A stretch of 45,194 bases of DNA from an uncultured Pseudomonadota bacterium (GTDB taxonomy: Bacteria; UBA10199; GCA-002796325; CAYWXY01): contig CAYWXY010000004.1 in assembly GCA_964462555.1 (NCBI GenBank), positions 1 to 45,194 on the forward strand, written 5' to 3'. The translations under genes were made by a program, and so were the position numbers. Below, one piece after another: positions 1-8,635 of this stretch (position 1 is the stretch's first letter; each line of letters begins with the position of its first letter). A model generated the notes under the pieces. The model had not been told where the DNA came from and searched no databases. It was given only the letters and a program-made list of their open reading frames with translations.

Positions 1-494
1 TGAAAAAGAATCCTTATGAATATTATTTTGTTTTTACCGTCCAAGAAGAAATCGGACTTCATGGCGCAAAAACGTCTGCCTACACAATCAATCCCGATTG
101 GGGCCTCGCCGTAGACGTCTGCGTGGCCAATGACATCATGCGTGAATACGGTGAAGACTGCATTACACTTGGGCAGGGCAACGTCTTAACTATTATGGAC
201 GATTCGATGATTGCCAACCGTCGAATCAACAACCATATCAAGGATATTGCCGAGAAAAAGGATATCTCACTCCAGTATGAGGTGAGTGATCTAGGAACAA
301 CAGACGCGAGCAAAATTGTGACATCTCGTGGTGGCGTTCCAGCTTCAGTTATCAGCGTCCCAGTGAGGAACCTTCACACCACATGTAGCATGGCCCATCA
401 GCGTGACATCAAAAACTGCATCACCCTTCTTTCTGAGCTGATCAAAAAGCCGCCTAAAGTAAAAGTGACAAAGAGTATCAAAGAGGTTTTATAA
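1..494 (+). CDS. M42 family metallopeptidase (FrvX/YsdC-like), 5'-truncated by window edge
   Basis: The reading frame is open from the window edge. The translation KKNPYEYYFVFTVQEEIGLHGAKTSAY...WGLAVDVCVANDIM...VISVPVRNLHT resembles the M42 aminopeptidase core (VQEE.GL.GA motif). Stop at 492-494. Confidence 0.8.
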   Translation, partial: KKNPYEYYFVFTVQEEIGLHGAKTSAYTINPDWGLAVDVCVANDIMREYGEDCITLGQGNVLTIMDDSMIANRRINNHIKDIAEKKDISLQYEVSDLGTTDASKIVTSRGGVPASVISVPVRNLHTTCSMAHQRDIKNCITLLSELIKKPPKVKVTKSIKEVL

Positions 495-499
495 AATAT

Positions 500-602
500 G
501 GTTTGGGTTGCGATGTCCGTATCGTTAAGTGGTTAGGGTTTCGTTTCTTCGCAACCGAACAACGACAGACGATACGAGCTTCGAAACCGCAACCGTATTT
601 CC
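500..602. repeat. Family-A structured intergenic repeat, copy 1
   Basis: Shares ccgtatcgt...gacgatacgagcttcg(a/t)aaccg..ccgtat with 35974-36085 and, more loosely, 8515-8635. Complementary segments: 518-525/569-576, 537-543/582-588, 506-512/588-594. Lies between convergent genes. Confidence 0.6.
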
Positions 603-612
603 AAATATTAAA

Positions 613-1539
613 TTATCGAATGATAATTTCGAGGCGAGGACCAATCTTGAGATTAATGTGCGCGGTCTCTTCCTGCATATCGCCATCAACCATATAATGT
701 TGCGGTTTGTCGGTGTAAATATCAACCTCTTTGGCCATATCATCTTCATAAAACCGGCGATTGGGTGGCTTGCTGAAGAGGATTTTTCGAAAACTGGCCA
801 TCACCTGAAGTGGCGAACCGGCACCACCAATAACTTGAAAGTGGTCGGCCTCTGAACGTGCCCGATAAAAGGGTTTAAATCCAAAGACGAAGTCTTCCAT
901 CGTCCCGCCACCGATGAAAACAAAGTTCTTGAAGCGCCACTCTTTACCATCAACCACAACCTTGGCATTGAAACGCTCCATCAATTCACGAGCGGTTAAC
1001 GAGTTAACCAGGACTCCGCCAGCTACCTTTAGAAAGAACCAAAAGGCATCCAGTGGACCACCCTTGTTTCGATAAAAATGCTCAATGAATCGTGAGATCA
1101 ATCCGTTGCCAAAGAGAAATCCATATTTCCCATTGATATTTAACAGGTTAACCTTTGTTGTCTCAAAGGACTCATCGTTATGATATTTGATAATCAGGTT
1201 GGACAAAATCTGTTCCGGGCTTCCATGAATCCCCAAGGCATTTGGTATTGCGTTCATCGTTCCACCACGGAGAAATGCAATTTTCGGAAGGGGCGTATCG
1301 CCATACTCTTCTATCATTGTGGTCAAAGTACAATGATTGGTGCCGTCCCCGCCACTAATCCCAAGAATATCTATCTGCTTCTCTTTAAATTCATGAATAA
1401 TTGCCGGGATATCTAATATGTCCTGCGTCATCTTACAGGATCCCTTGTCCCCAACAATAAACCCCAGGCGCTTAATCCGATCCGGGTTTTTTCGATTACT
1501 GCGTGAGTGAGGATTTAAGATAATTCCGATACCTGGCAT
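613..1539 (-). CDS. Diacylglycerol-kinase catalytic-domain family kinase (YegS/BmrU-like lipid kinase fold)
   Basis: 308-aa ORF with the GGDGT nucleotide-binding signature (ISGGDGTNHC). GGGGAG SD upstream of the ATG at 1539. Only 20 nt downstream of kamE on the same strand. Confidence 0.75.
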   Translation of the reverse strand: MPGIGIILNPHSRSNRKNPDRIKRLGFIVGDKGSCKMTQDILDIPAIIHEFKEKQIDILGISGGDGTNHCTLTTMIEEYGDTPLPKIAFLRGGTMNAIPNALGIHGSPEQILSNLIIKYHNDESFETTKVNLLNINGKYGFLFGNGLISRFIEHFYRNKGGPLDAFWFFLKVAGGVLVNSLTARELMERFNAKVVVDGKEWRFKNFVFIGGGTMEDFVFGFKPFYRARSEADHFQVIGGAGSPLQVMASFRKILFSKPPNRRFYEDDMAKEVDIYTDKPQHYMVDGDMQEETAHINLKIGPRLEIIIR

Positions 1540-1559
1540 TGCACACTCCCCTATTTTAT

Positions 1560-2357
1560 CTATTTCCGCTTTTTACGTTGTGGGCGTTCGTGCTTTTTCG
1601 CAACCTTCCCCTTTGTTCGCTTGAGATATTCTTGAACAATAAACGAAGCCACCTGAGAAGGTTTTGTTCCTGGTCCATAGCCCGCGTCAAACCCTAATTT
1701 TTTGGCCAGGGCATGATCGATTCGAGGACCACCCACAATCGTGATCAAGTGTGGCTTCAGGCCCTTCGTCTTTGAAATCAACCCCTTCAACTCTTTCAAA
1801 TTTTTAATGTGGGAATTTCGCTGGCTGACAATTTGTGAAACGAGTAAGGCGTCGGCACCTCGTTTCGCGGCCTCTTCGACAAAATGCTTATTGTCGACCT
1901 GGGATCTCAAATTGACCGCCTCGAGGAGTGGATAACGCTCAAGGCCGTAATCCATGTCGAAGCCCTTCATATTAAAGATGGCATCGATCCCGACAGTGTG
2001 GGCATCTGCTCCCGTACACGCCCCGAGAACCACGAGCGGCTCCTTAATGTGCTTTTCCATATACTGAGTCAAAGGCTTATAGCTCATATGTTCAACATCA
2101 ATTTTCGGAACTTTAATTCTTTTGAGGTTAATCGAATGTTTTGCCGCACCATAGACGACAAAAAATGTAAACTGATCGCTCATCGACTCCATATGAACAA
2201 CCTTAACGTCAAAAAGCCCCAGCTTTTTCACGTACTGCTTGGCGGCCTCTTTGGCCTCTTCAGACTGCTTCACAGGCAACGTAAAGCTAAGCTGAACCAT
2301 CCCATCATCTAAACGATCGCCATATGCTTTTACCTTTGTGAGATCGACTTTAATCAT
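1560..2357 (-). CDS. kamE: Lysine 5,6-aminomutase beta subunit (B12-binding)
   Basis: VDLTKVKAYGDRLDDGMVQLSFTLP...GADAHTVGIDAI...LLVSQ matches the KamE layout, including the cobalamin-binding DxHxxG-type segment. I chose the ATG at 2357 (GAGG SD 6 nt upstream) over the GTG at 2396. Confidence 0.85.
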   Translation of the reverse strand: MIKVDLTKVKAYGDRLDDGMVQLSFTLPVKQSEEAKEAAKQYVKKLGLFDVKVVHMESMSDQFTFFVVYGAAKHSINLKRIKVPKIDVEHMSYKPLTQYMEKHIKEPLVVLGACTGADAHTVGIDAIFNMKGFDMDYGLERYPLLEAVNLRSQVDNKHFVEEAAKRGADALLVSQIVSQRNSHIKNLKELKGLISKTKGLKPHLITIVGGPRIDHALAKKLGFDAGYGPGTKPSQVASFIVQEYLKRTKGKVAKKHERPQRKKRK

Positions 2358-2404
2358 AATTAACCTCAGTACGTTGGTGCCTCTGTTCTTCAGCACCTCG
2401 GTAT

Positions 2405-3961
2405 CTATTTTCCCTTTTTTCTAAGCTCTTCTTCGAGAGGATTCCAATATTTCGCATCTTTCTGAAAAACGCCTTCGAGTCCCTTGCCACCATTCTCGTC
2501 ACGCGTCATCTCGGCAAAGACGCCGGCCTCGATCGATTTCATCAGGCCTCGGATCTTGATCTTCTTAAGCAGTTTCTCTGAATTGTCCAAAACCAGCCGG
2601 GCGCGCCTTACAATTTTTCCATTGGGATTGAAGGAGATCTCTTCGCCCAAGTTCTTCGCATTGTTGAATACATAATTGGCATTTTTGATAGCCCAATGGC
2701 GATCTTGGATATAGGGGTTATGGATTGCCTCAGTGGGAATCCCCAATAACTGAATTGACTGGTGAGACATAACAGCCACCATATTAAACATCGCATCCTG
2801 AACGTTTCCAAAAAAGATATCACCAGTCATATATTTGGTTGGCGGCATAAACTTGATTGGGGCCTTGTGAAAAATTTCGCGTACCAATTGGGCCTGTGCC
2901 AATTCATATAGGAATCCATCCTCAACTCGAGGATCGATCTCAAATGCATGACCGAGGCCCATCTGCGACGGATAGAGACCGGCGCTCGACCCAAACTGTT
3001 CGTTAATAAATTGACTGGCCAGAACGGTATGACCATTTTTATAGGCATCCGCTGTGGTAAGATAGTTATCTTCGCCAGTGTTAATAACTAAGCCTGAGCG
3101 CGCAATAATTAACCTCGAGAAGTATTGATCAACAAACGTCCTCTTCATATTGATATCGCGAAAGAGGATCCCGTACATCGAGTCATTTAAAAGATAATCC
3201 AGGCGTTCAAATGCCCCCATCACAGCAATCTCAGCCATGCAGAGACCCGATGAATAGTTGGTTAGCTGAACATAACGTTTCAGCTTTTTTCCAACTTTAT
3301 CTAATCCTTCACGCATGATCCGAAAATTGGCCTGCGTGGCATAGGTTCCACCAAAGCCTTCGGTCGTAATTCCATGGGGAACATAGTCCAGGAGCGACTG
3401 CGCCGTGTGGCGAATGACCGCAACAATGTCAGCGCCCGCTTCAGCTGCTGCTTGTGCCTGAGCAACATCGTCATGGATGTTTCCGGTGGCAACGATCACA
3501 TATTTTAGGGGCATCTTCTCATTCACATACCTCGTGACCAGCTGGTATCGTTTCTTTCGACATTGATCGAGTTTGAAGATTGCGTCCTTAACGAGAGGCT
3601 GGATCGCCTTCTTGATTTTTTCAAATGGAACATTCGGGAGCTTGTCAAATTTCACCTTACCCTTGGCAATGGCTAACGCCAGTTCGTTTGGCTCTTTTTT
3701 TGTGGCAACAAGGGCACGGCCAAACCAATAGGCAATCCCCCGGCGAAGCGTTTCTTTCGGAAGCTGATCTACAATTAAATTAACAAGCGGCATTTCCTGC
3801 CAGGCCGAATCAATACCAAAGGCCCGCAAAACAGTCCGCTCAATCGATGTCGTTGAGTGACGATCGATGTATCGCTGCACGGGACGAACGATCTCAGCTG
3901 CCATCTTTCGACATCCGGCCACTCGATCCCAATCGATCATCAATTTACTTGAAGTGCTCAT
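2405..3961 (-). CDS. kamD: Lysine 5,6-aminomutase alpha subunit
   Basis: 518 aa. Long collinear resemblance to KamD (YVIVATGNI..D..QA.AAA..GADIVAVIR...TTEGFGGTYATQ.NFR.MREALD...NTGEDNYLTTADA). Confidence 0.9.
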   Translation of the reverse strand: MSTSSKLMIDWDRVAGCRKMAAEIVRPVQRYIDRHSTTSIERTVLRAFGIDSAWQEMPLVNLIVDQLPKETLRRGIAYWFGRALVATKKEPNELALAIAKGKVKFDKLPNVPFEKIKKAIQPLVKDAIFKLDQCRKKRYQLVTRYVNEKMPLKYVIVATGNIHDDVAQAQAAAEAGADIVAVIRHTAQSLLDYVPHGITTEGFGGTYATQANFRIMREGLDKVGKKLKRYVQLTNYSSGLCMAEIAVMGAFERLDYLLNDSMYGILFRDINMKRTFVDQYFSRLIIARSGLVINTGEDNYLTTADAYKNGHTVLASQFINEQFGSSAGLYPSQMGLGHAFEIDPRVEDGFLYELAQAQLVREIFHKAPIKFMPPTKYMTGDIFFGNVQDAMFNMVAVMSHQSIQLLGIPTEAIHNPYIQDRHWAIKNANYVFNNAKNLGEEISFNPNGKIVRRARLVLDNSEKLLKKIKIRGLMKSIEAGVFAEMTRDENGGKGLEGVFQKDAKYWNPLEEELRKKGK

Positions 3962-3967
3962 AAAGAA

Positions 3968-5230
3968 TTACTCCTTGATTTCCGGCTCCAACTTAAATTC
4001 TCTCCCCTCAACGAGATCAAAATAGGCCTTTCCACGCTTAGGCTCATCCGGCATCGACCCGAGAATCTCAAACTCTGTTGAACAGTCACAATTCCGCTCG
4101 GTTGGTGCCGTATACGAACTCATCATACCACGATAGTTGCGAACCACAATACGCTCTTCTGTCTGCGTTAGGAGATAGTTCGGCATGATCGGAATTTTTC
4201 CGCCACCACCCGGTGCATCAACGACAAGTGTCGGAAGCGCAATGCCCGATGTGTGTCCCCTGAGATATTCCATAATTCTAAGCCCATTACCGATCGGCGT
4301 TCTAAAATGCTCGATCCCCACCGCTAAATCACACTGATAAATGTAGTAGGGCTTCACGCGAGCCTTCAATAGTTCGTGCGTCAGCTTCTTCATCACGTAT
4401 GGCGAACTGTTGATTTTACGAAGAAGAACCGACTGATTCATCATCGGCAAACCAGCGTCTACAATGCGCGAGCAGGCCTCACGCGCGGCTGGCGTCAGCT
4501 CGTATGGGTGATTGAAGTGTGTCATAAAATAGACTGGTTGATACTTCTTTAAAATATCGACGATTTCTTGGGTCACTCGCTGAGGAAAGACACATGGGGT
4601 TCGTGATGCAACGCGAATGACTTCAACATGCGGAATTGCCCGGAGCCCAGCCACAGTCTTTTCCAACTGTTTAGGGTCCAACATGAGAGCATCGCCGCCC
4701 GAAATAATTACGTCCCGAACCTCTTTGTGTTTTCGAATGTAACTCAGAACTTTGTCGTGCTCCTTGCTCAATTGAGATGATGTTTTATTTAGGACCATCC
4801 GCTTACGCGTGCAAAAACGACAATACACACTACAAACTTCACTGGCCAAAAAGAGAACGCGGTCGGGATAACGATGAACCAGACGTGGCACCGGCGAATC
4901 GGCATCCTCACCTAGTGGATCACGAATGTCGGCAGCAGCCTTATTGAGCTCTCGACCCTGAGGAATTGACTGGAGCCGAATCGGGCAATCAGGATTATCC
5001 TGATCGATCAATGACAAGTAGTAAGGTGTAATCTGAAACTTCGAAACTTCAACAGCGCGCCGCATACCTTCTCGTTCGTCATCACTCAATTTAAGAACTT
5101 TTTCAAGACCTTCAACCGTTGTAATGACATTCTTGAGCTGCCAACGCCAATCGTTCCATTCATCAACCGTTACATTCTTCCAAAGTGGAATATGTTTATA
5201 ATAATCTGGTTTAGATGTATCGACACGCAT
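3968..5230 (-). CDS. kamA: L-lysine 2,3-aminomutase (radical SAM)
   Basis: Radical-SAM motif CSVYCRFCTRKRM and the KamA-type N-terminus (IPLWKNVT.DEW.DWRWQL). The ATG at 5230 has a GGGAGG SD. The longer ORF to 5347 would overlap kdd. Confidence 0.9.
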   Translation of the reverse strand: MRVDTSKPDYYKHIPLWKNVTVDEWNDWRWQLKNVITTVEGLEKVLKLSDDEREGMRRAVEVSKFQITPYYLSLIDQDNPDCPIRLQSIPQGRELNKAAADIRDPLGEDADSPVPRLVHRYPDRVLFLASEVCSVYCRFCTRKRMVLNKTSSQLSKEHDKVLSYIRKHKEVRDVIISGGDALMLDPKQLEKTVAGLRAIPHVEVIRVASRTPCVFPQRVTQEIVDILKKYQPVYFMTHFNHPYELTPAAREACSRIVDAGLPMMNQSVLLRKINSSPYVMKKLTHELLKARVKPYYIYQCDLAVGIEHFRTPIGNGLRIMEYLRGHTSGIALPTLVVDAPGGGGKIPIMPNYLLTQTEERIVVRNYRGMMSSYTAPTERNCDCSTEFEILGSMPDEPKRGKAYFDLVEGREFKLEPEIKE

Positions 5231-5246
5231 CAAACCTCCCGGGATA

Positions 5247-6290
5247 TTATTTCCCAAATTTTTTATCAAACCACTCCTTGACCGTAGGATATTTCCGATA
5301 GGCCTCGAGCGTGAAATTCGCGTGATTCGGGGCATAGCCGTTACCAATAATCATTTCAACATCGTATCCGACGCCTTCCGCACCCAGAGCCGCCTTTTGA
5401 AAATTGGTTGCCATGTTGAAAAAATAGACCTTCCCGCCTTGTTTGCACGAAAGAAATGATGCAGCTTCGGTTCCCTCGACATTGGCCGTGTTAATTACGA
5501 GATCAACCATTTCACCCTTTGTCACATCTTTGACCTTGTCCATAAATTCGCCAGGGCGTAGGGCATCGGCCTTAAAACATTTATCTAAGATTCCAAGTGA
5601 CGAAAAAGTTTCAACTGAACTGTCGCGGGTCGCGCATCCAAAGATTTTTCCATTTCCGATTTTATCTCTGGCAACGGCCGCACAAAGGATGCCCGACTTG
5701 CCACCACCGATAACCAAAACATTCATTCCAGGTTCTACCAATCGCTCGGCCTGCGGCGGCGCACCTGCCACATCAAGAAGTGCCAGAGCCACATTAAGAT
5801 CCATATCCTCAGGAATCTTGGCAAGGACACCACTGTCAAAAAGAATGGCCTTGGCCTTCACATCGAGCTGCTCCGATTCGCGAACCGAAACAAACTCATC
5901 AACGATAAGCGGTGTCAGCGTGAGCGAAACGAGCGTACAAATATTGTCCCCAATAGAAACACCACACTTGTTGGTATAGTTAGGGCCCATGTCGAGAACC
6001 TTACCGAGAAGCATGCCACCCGAACCGGTAACTGGGTTTTGCTGTTTTCCCATTGTCTCAATATTCTTTTTTACCTGATCGGCAATACCCTGAAGATTTC
6101 CGCCGGCGGCATCTTTCATTTGGCGGAAGCTGGCCGAATCGATGTTGAGCGTCTCAACATCGATCAATATCTCGTTGTCATAGATCGGCAGTGTATTATC
6201 GAGCTTGGCTGCTGCCTGTGGCAAAGCACCCTCTGGGCTCACGACTCTATGCCTGCCCAATGGATCGCCATTCGGACGATAATCGCCCAT
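5247..6290 (-). CDS. kdd: L-erythro-3,5-diaminohexanoate dehydrogenase
   Basis: 347 aa with a Rossmann segment VLVIGGGKSG. The N-terminal region (LPIYDNEILIDVETLNIDSASF) is typical of Kdd. First gene of a kdd-kamA-kamDE array. Confidence 0.8.
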   Translation of the reverse strand: MGDYRPNGDPLGRHRVVSPEGALPQAAAKLDNTLPIYDNEILIDVETLNIDSASFRQMKDAAGGNLQGIADQVKKNIETMGKQQNPVTGSGGMLLGKVLDMGPNYTNKCGVSIGDNICTLVSLTLTPLIVDEFVSVRESEQLDVKAKAILFDSGVLAKIPEDMDLNVALALLDVAGAPPQAERLVEPGMNVLVIGGGKSGILCAAVARDKIGNGKIFGCATRDSSVETFSSLGILDKCFKADALRPGEFMDKVKDVTKGEMVDLVINTANVEGTEAASFLSCKQGGKVYFFNMATNFQKAALGAEGVGYDVEMIIGNGYAPNHANFTLEAYRKYPTVKEWFDKKFGK

Positions 6291-6350
6291 AAAAACCTCC
6301 TAAATACTTGATATAACTCAAAAATTATAGATTCACCCTGATGTCGCCCG

Positions 6351-6380
6351 ACCATATCAGGGGGCACCCAGGGCTGTCAA
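6351..6380 (-). promoter_or_regulatory. Candidate sigma-70 promoter of the kdd-kamADE operon (TTGACA-N18-TATGGT)
   Basis: On the minus strand, TTGACA (6380-6375), an 18-nt spacer, then TATGGT (6356-6351), about 60 nt upstream of the kdd ATG. The -10 hexamer is the same as in the riboswitch promoter candidate at 16466-16471. Confidence 0.4.
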
Positions 6381-6399
6381 GAAACCTCGAAAACCATTC

Positions 6400-6427
6400 T
6401 AACCTCCGTGGTTAACCACGGAGGTTA
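6400..6427. repeat. 28-nt perfect palindrome TAACCTCCGTGGTTAACCACGGAGGTTA (family P, copy 1)
   Basis: Perfect inverted repeat. A second copy at 34543-34570 differs only by paired substitutions that keep the palindrome. Similar flanks (aaccatt..taacctcc / ggaggtta..a.tagg). Overlaps the last codons and stop of the Nif3-like gene. Confidence 0.7.
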
Positions 6428-7179
6428 ATAGGAGGTTCGTTGAGGTAGATGGTTTGGATGTTGAATTTTGTCTCAAGGAGTTTGCCGAGGGCTTGGACGC
6501 CGAGTTGTTCGGAGTGATAGTGGCCGAGGTAGATGACGTTGATCCCGGATTCCTTGGCCAAGTGATAATCCTCATAAACCCCTTCGCCAGTCAGAAAACA
6601 ATCGACACCCTTATCAACTGCCTCTTGAAACATGCTGGCCCCTCGACCTGCAACAATCGCAATCGTTTCATTCTTCTTGGGACCAAAGGGGAGAATTGAT
6701 GACTTACCATTCAGCGTCCCTTGCAGTTTCTCAGAGAGCTCTTCGTTCGTCATCGGCTGTTCGAGCTTCCCCTGAAAACTAAGAACCGTCCCCTTGTAAT
6801 CACCAAAGGACTCGACATCCTTGAGGGATAAGAGCCTAACCAATTCGCTATTGTTACCAACCTCAGCATGCATATCGAGCGGAAGATGCGCCGCATAGAG
6901 ACTCAATTGGTGATCAAGCAGATATTTGACATGACTGAAATTCCGTCCTGTTACTGAATCCATCCCATCCCAGATGAGGCCATGATGAACAATGATCATG
7001 TTGCATTTTTCTTTGACCGCCTGTTCATATGATGCCAAGCAAGCATCGACGGCCAACCCAACCTTTTTGACCTCGTCCGAACCCTGGACTTGGAGACCAT
7101 TGTTGGAACTGTCGGCAATCTCCGAGACCGACAGTGTTTCGTTTAGAAAATTCACGATTTGAGTGCGCGCTACTGTCAT
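6412..7179 (-). CDS. Nif3-like dinuclear metal center protein (YbgI/YqfO family)
   Basis: NGLQVQG...VGLAVD...MIIVHHGLIW...YAAHLPLDMH...YLGHYHSE are typical NIF3 family motifs. The ATG at 7179 is preceded by a GGGGGA SD. Confidence 0.8.
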   Translation of the reverse strand: MTVARTQIVNFLNETLSVSEIADSSNNGLQVQGSDEVKKVGLAVDACLASYEQAVKEKCNMIIVHHGLIWDGMDSVTGRNFSHVKYLLDHQLSLYAAHLPLDMHAEVGNNSELVRLLSLKDVESFGDYKGTVLSFQGKLEQPMTNEELSEKLQGTLNGKSSILPFGPKKNETIAIVAGRGASMFQEAVDKGVDCFLTGEGVYEDYHLAKESGINVIYLGHYHSEQLGVQALGKLLETKFNIQTIYLNEPPINLRG

Positions 7180-7208
7180 TGGTTCCCCCAACTGTTAGAC
7201 ATTCTGGA

Positions 7209-8450
7209 TCAATTCACCTTTGCGGCTTCAGCCAGCGACTCTTCAACCACCTCTAGGGCACGATTCAGATCTTCATCGGTATGACGGTGACAAATATACC
7301 AATGGTGATACGGCTGAATGAAGAGGCCGCGACGAATCGCCTCAGTATAAAAGTGGACCCGACGTTTCTTATAAAGGCCGGTGTCATCCTTATCAAATGT
7401 CAGGAATGGCATTGGCGGAATACCGGAGACCGTAACTGGAAGACCCGACTTCGTCACAACTGCTTCCAGCTGTTTCAAGAAATCGGTGCCGCGTTCCCAG
7501 ATTGAATCGCAAACCTTTTCACGTTCCAGAATTTCAATTGTCTTGAGGGCAGCCACCATTTCGGTGCTATTTGGAAAAAAGGTTGATGAGATAAAAACTT
7601 CCTTCTCGACCATCTTCATAAATTCCCTTTTCCCGACAATAGCGCCGATCGGATAACCGTTTGCCATCGCCTTTCCGATACAAGAGATGTCCGGTGTTAC
7701 GCCATATCTCTCTTGTGCTCCACCGAGACTCACACGAAAACCGGTGCGAATTTCATCAAAAATCAAAACAACATTATGCTCATCGGCAAGTTTCCGCATT
7801 CCCTCGAGATAACCAGGCTTTGGCGCTTGGACCGGCAATGCTAACGGATGACCCACCGGAGTCACAATAATACAGGCCACCTGATCTTTGTTCGCCTTTA
7901 AGAGCCCTTCAACCTCTTCGAGATTATTGTAATGAAACTCGAGCGTGTCTGCGGAGACATGGTCGGGCACACCGCCCTTCACCTCGACACACCAGTCGCC
8001 CCAGCCATGATATCCGCAACGTAAAATCTTGTCGCGGCCGGTGTAGCCCCTCGCGATCCGAACTGCACAGGTCGTCGCATCGGAACCGGTCTTGACGAGA
8101 ATCGCCATTTCGGCCGATGGAACAATATTGCAAAGCTTTTGTTCGAGTTCATTTTGAACCGGCTGAACCAGACTAAAACAGAATCCTTTTTTAATTCGCT
8201 CTACAACTGCATCGTCGATCTCCGTCTCTTTGTGACCCAGAATGATCGGTCCGTATGAACAGAGCATATCGATATAATCGTTCCCATCGACATCGACAAT
8301 GTGACCGCCGTAACCGGTCTCAATAAAAATCGGGTACTCCCCTTCGATAAAATTATATGGCCGACGAATCCCCAAAACACCACCGGGTGATAGACGTTTT
8401 GCTTCATCAAAAAGCTTGAGTGATTTTGTAAGATTAAGTTTTTCAGACAT
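7209..8450 (-). CDS. Class-III PLP aminotransferase, glutamate-1-semialdehyde aminomutase-like
   Basis: HemL-like layout: LSPGG...DVDGN.YID....YGP.ILGH...TGSDAT..A.R.ARGYTGRDKI....YHGW...FDEIRTGFR with the PLP lysine in CIGKAMANG. GGGGG SD. Confidence 0.8.
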   Translation of the reverse strand: MSEKLNLTKSLKLFDEAKRLSPGGVLGIRRPYNFIEGEYPIFIETGYGGHIVDVDGNDYIDMLCSYGPIILGHKETEIDDAVVERIKKGFCFSLVQPVQNELEQKLCNIVPSAEMAILVKTGSDATTCAVRIARGYTGRDKILRCGYHGWGDWCVEVKGGVPDHVSADTLEFHYNNLEEVEGLLKANKDQVACIIVTPVGHPLALPVQAPKPGYLEGMRKLADEHNVVLIFDEIRTGFRVSLGGAQERYGVTPDISCIGKAMANGYPIGAIVGKREFMKMVEKEVFISSTFFPNSTEMVAALKTIEILEREKVCDSIWERGTDFLKQLEAVVTKSGLPVTVSGIPPMPFLTFDKDDTGLYKKRRVHFYTEAIRRGLFIQPYHHWYICHRHTDEDLNRALEVVEESLAEAAKVN

Positions 8451-8514
8451 GACAACCCCCTTCGGTGAATCTCGTTATATGCCATATTTTTTATGCAAGC
8501 AAATACTTTCACGA

Positions 8515-8635
8515 ATAACGATACGGTATCGGTTACGATGCTCGTATCGTCACGCGGTTAGGTCCTACGTTACCGATGGACGAAAGACGAAACGAGCTTC
8601 GTCACCCAAACCGCAACAACGAAACCGATTCCATA
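8515..8635. repeat. Family-A structured repeat, diverged copy 2
   Basis: Contains ctcgtatcgtc...gacgaaacgagcttcgtcacccaaaccgcaacaacgaaaccg, which aligns with copies 1 and 3. An extra upstream acgatacg (8518-8525) is complementary to cgtatcgt (8543-8550). The 3' part overlaps the end of the rlmD-like CDS, so the boundaries are uncertain. Confidence 0.45.

Noticed and set aside
5231-5347. N-terminal extension of the kamA ORF (459-aa version).
   Set aside because: It would overlap the kdd 3' end by about 100 nt. The internal ATG at 5230 has a GGGAGG SD and gives the canonical KamA N-terminus.
6291-6399. Possible lysine riboswitch in front of the lysine-degradation operon.
   Set aside because: The leader is only about 60 nt after the best promoter candidate, far shorter than a lysine riboswitch (about 180 nt). 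I could not find the conserved core motifs on the minus strand.
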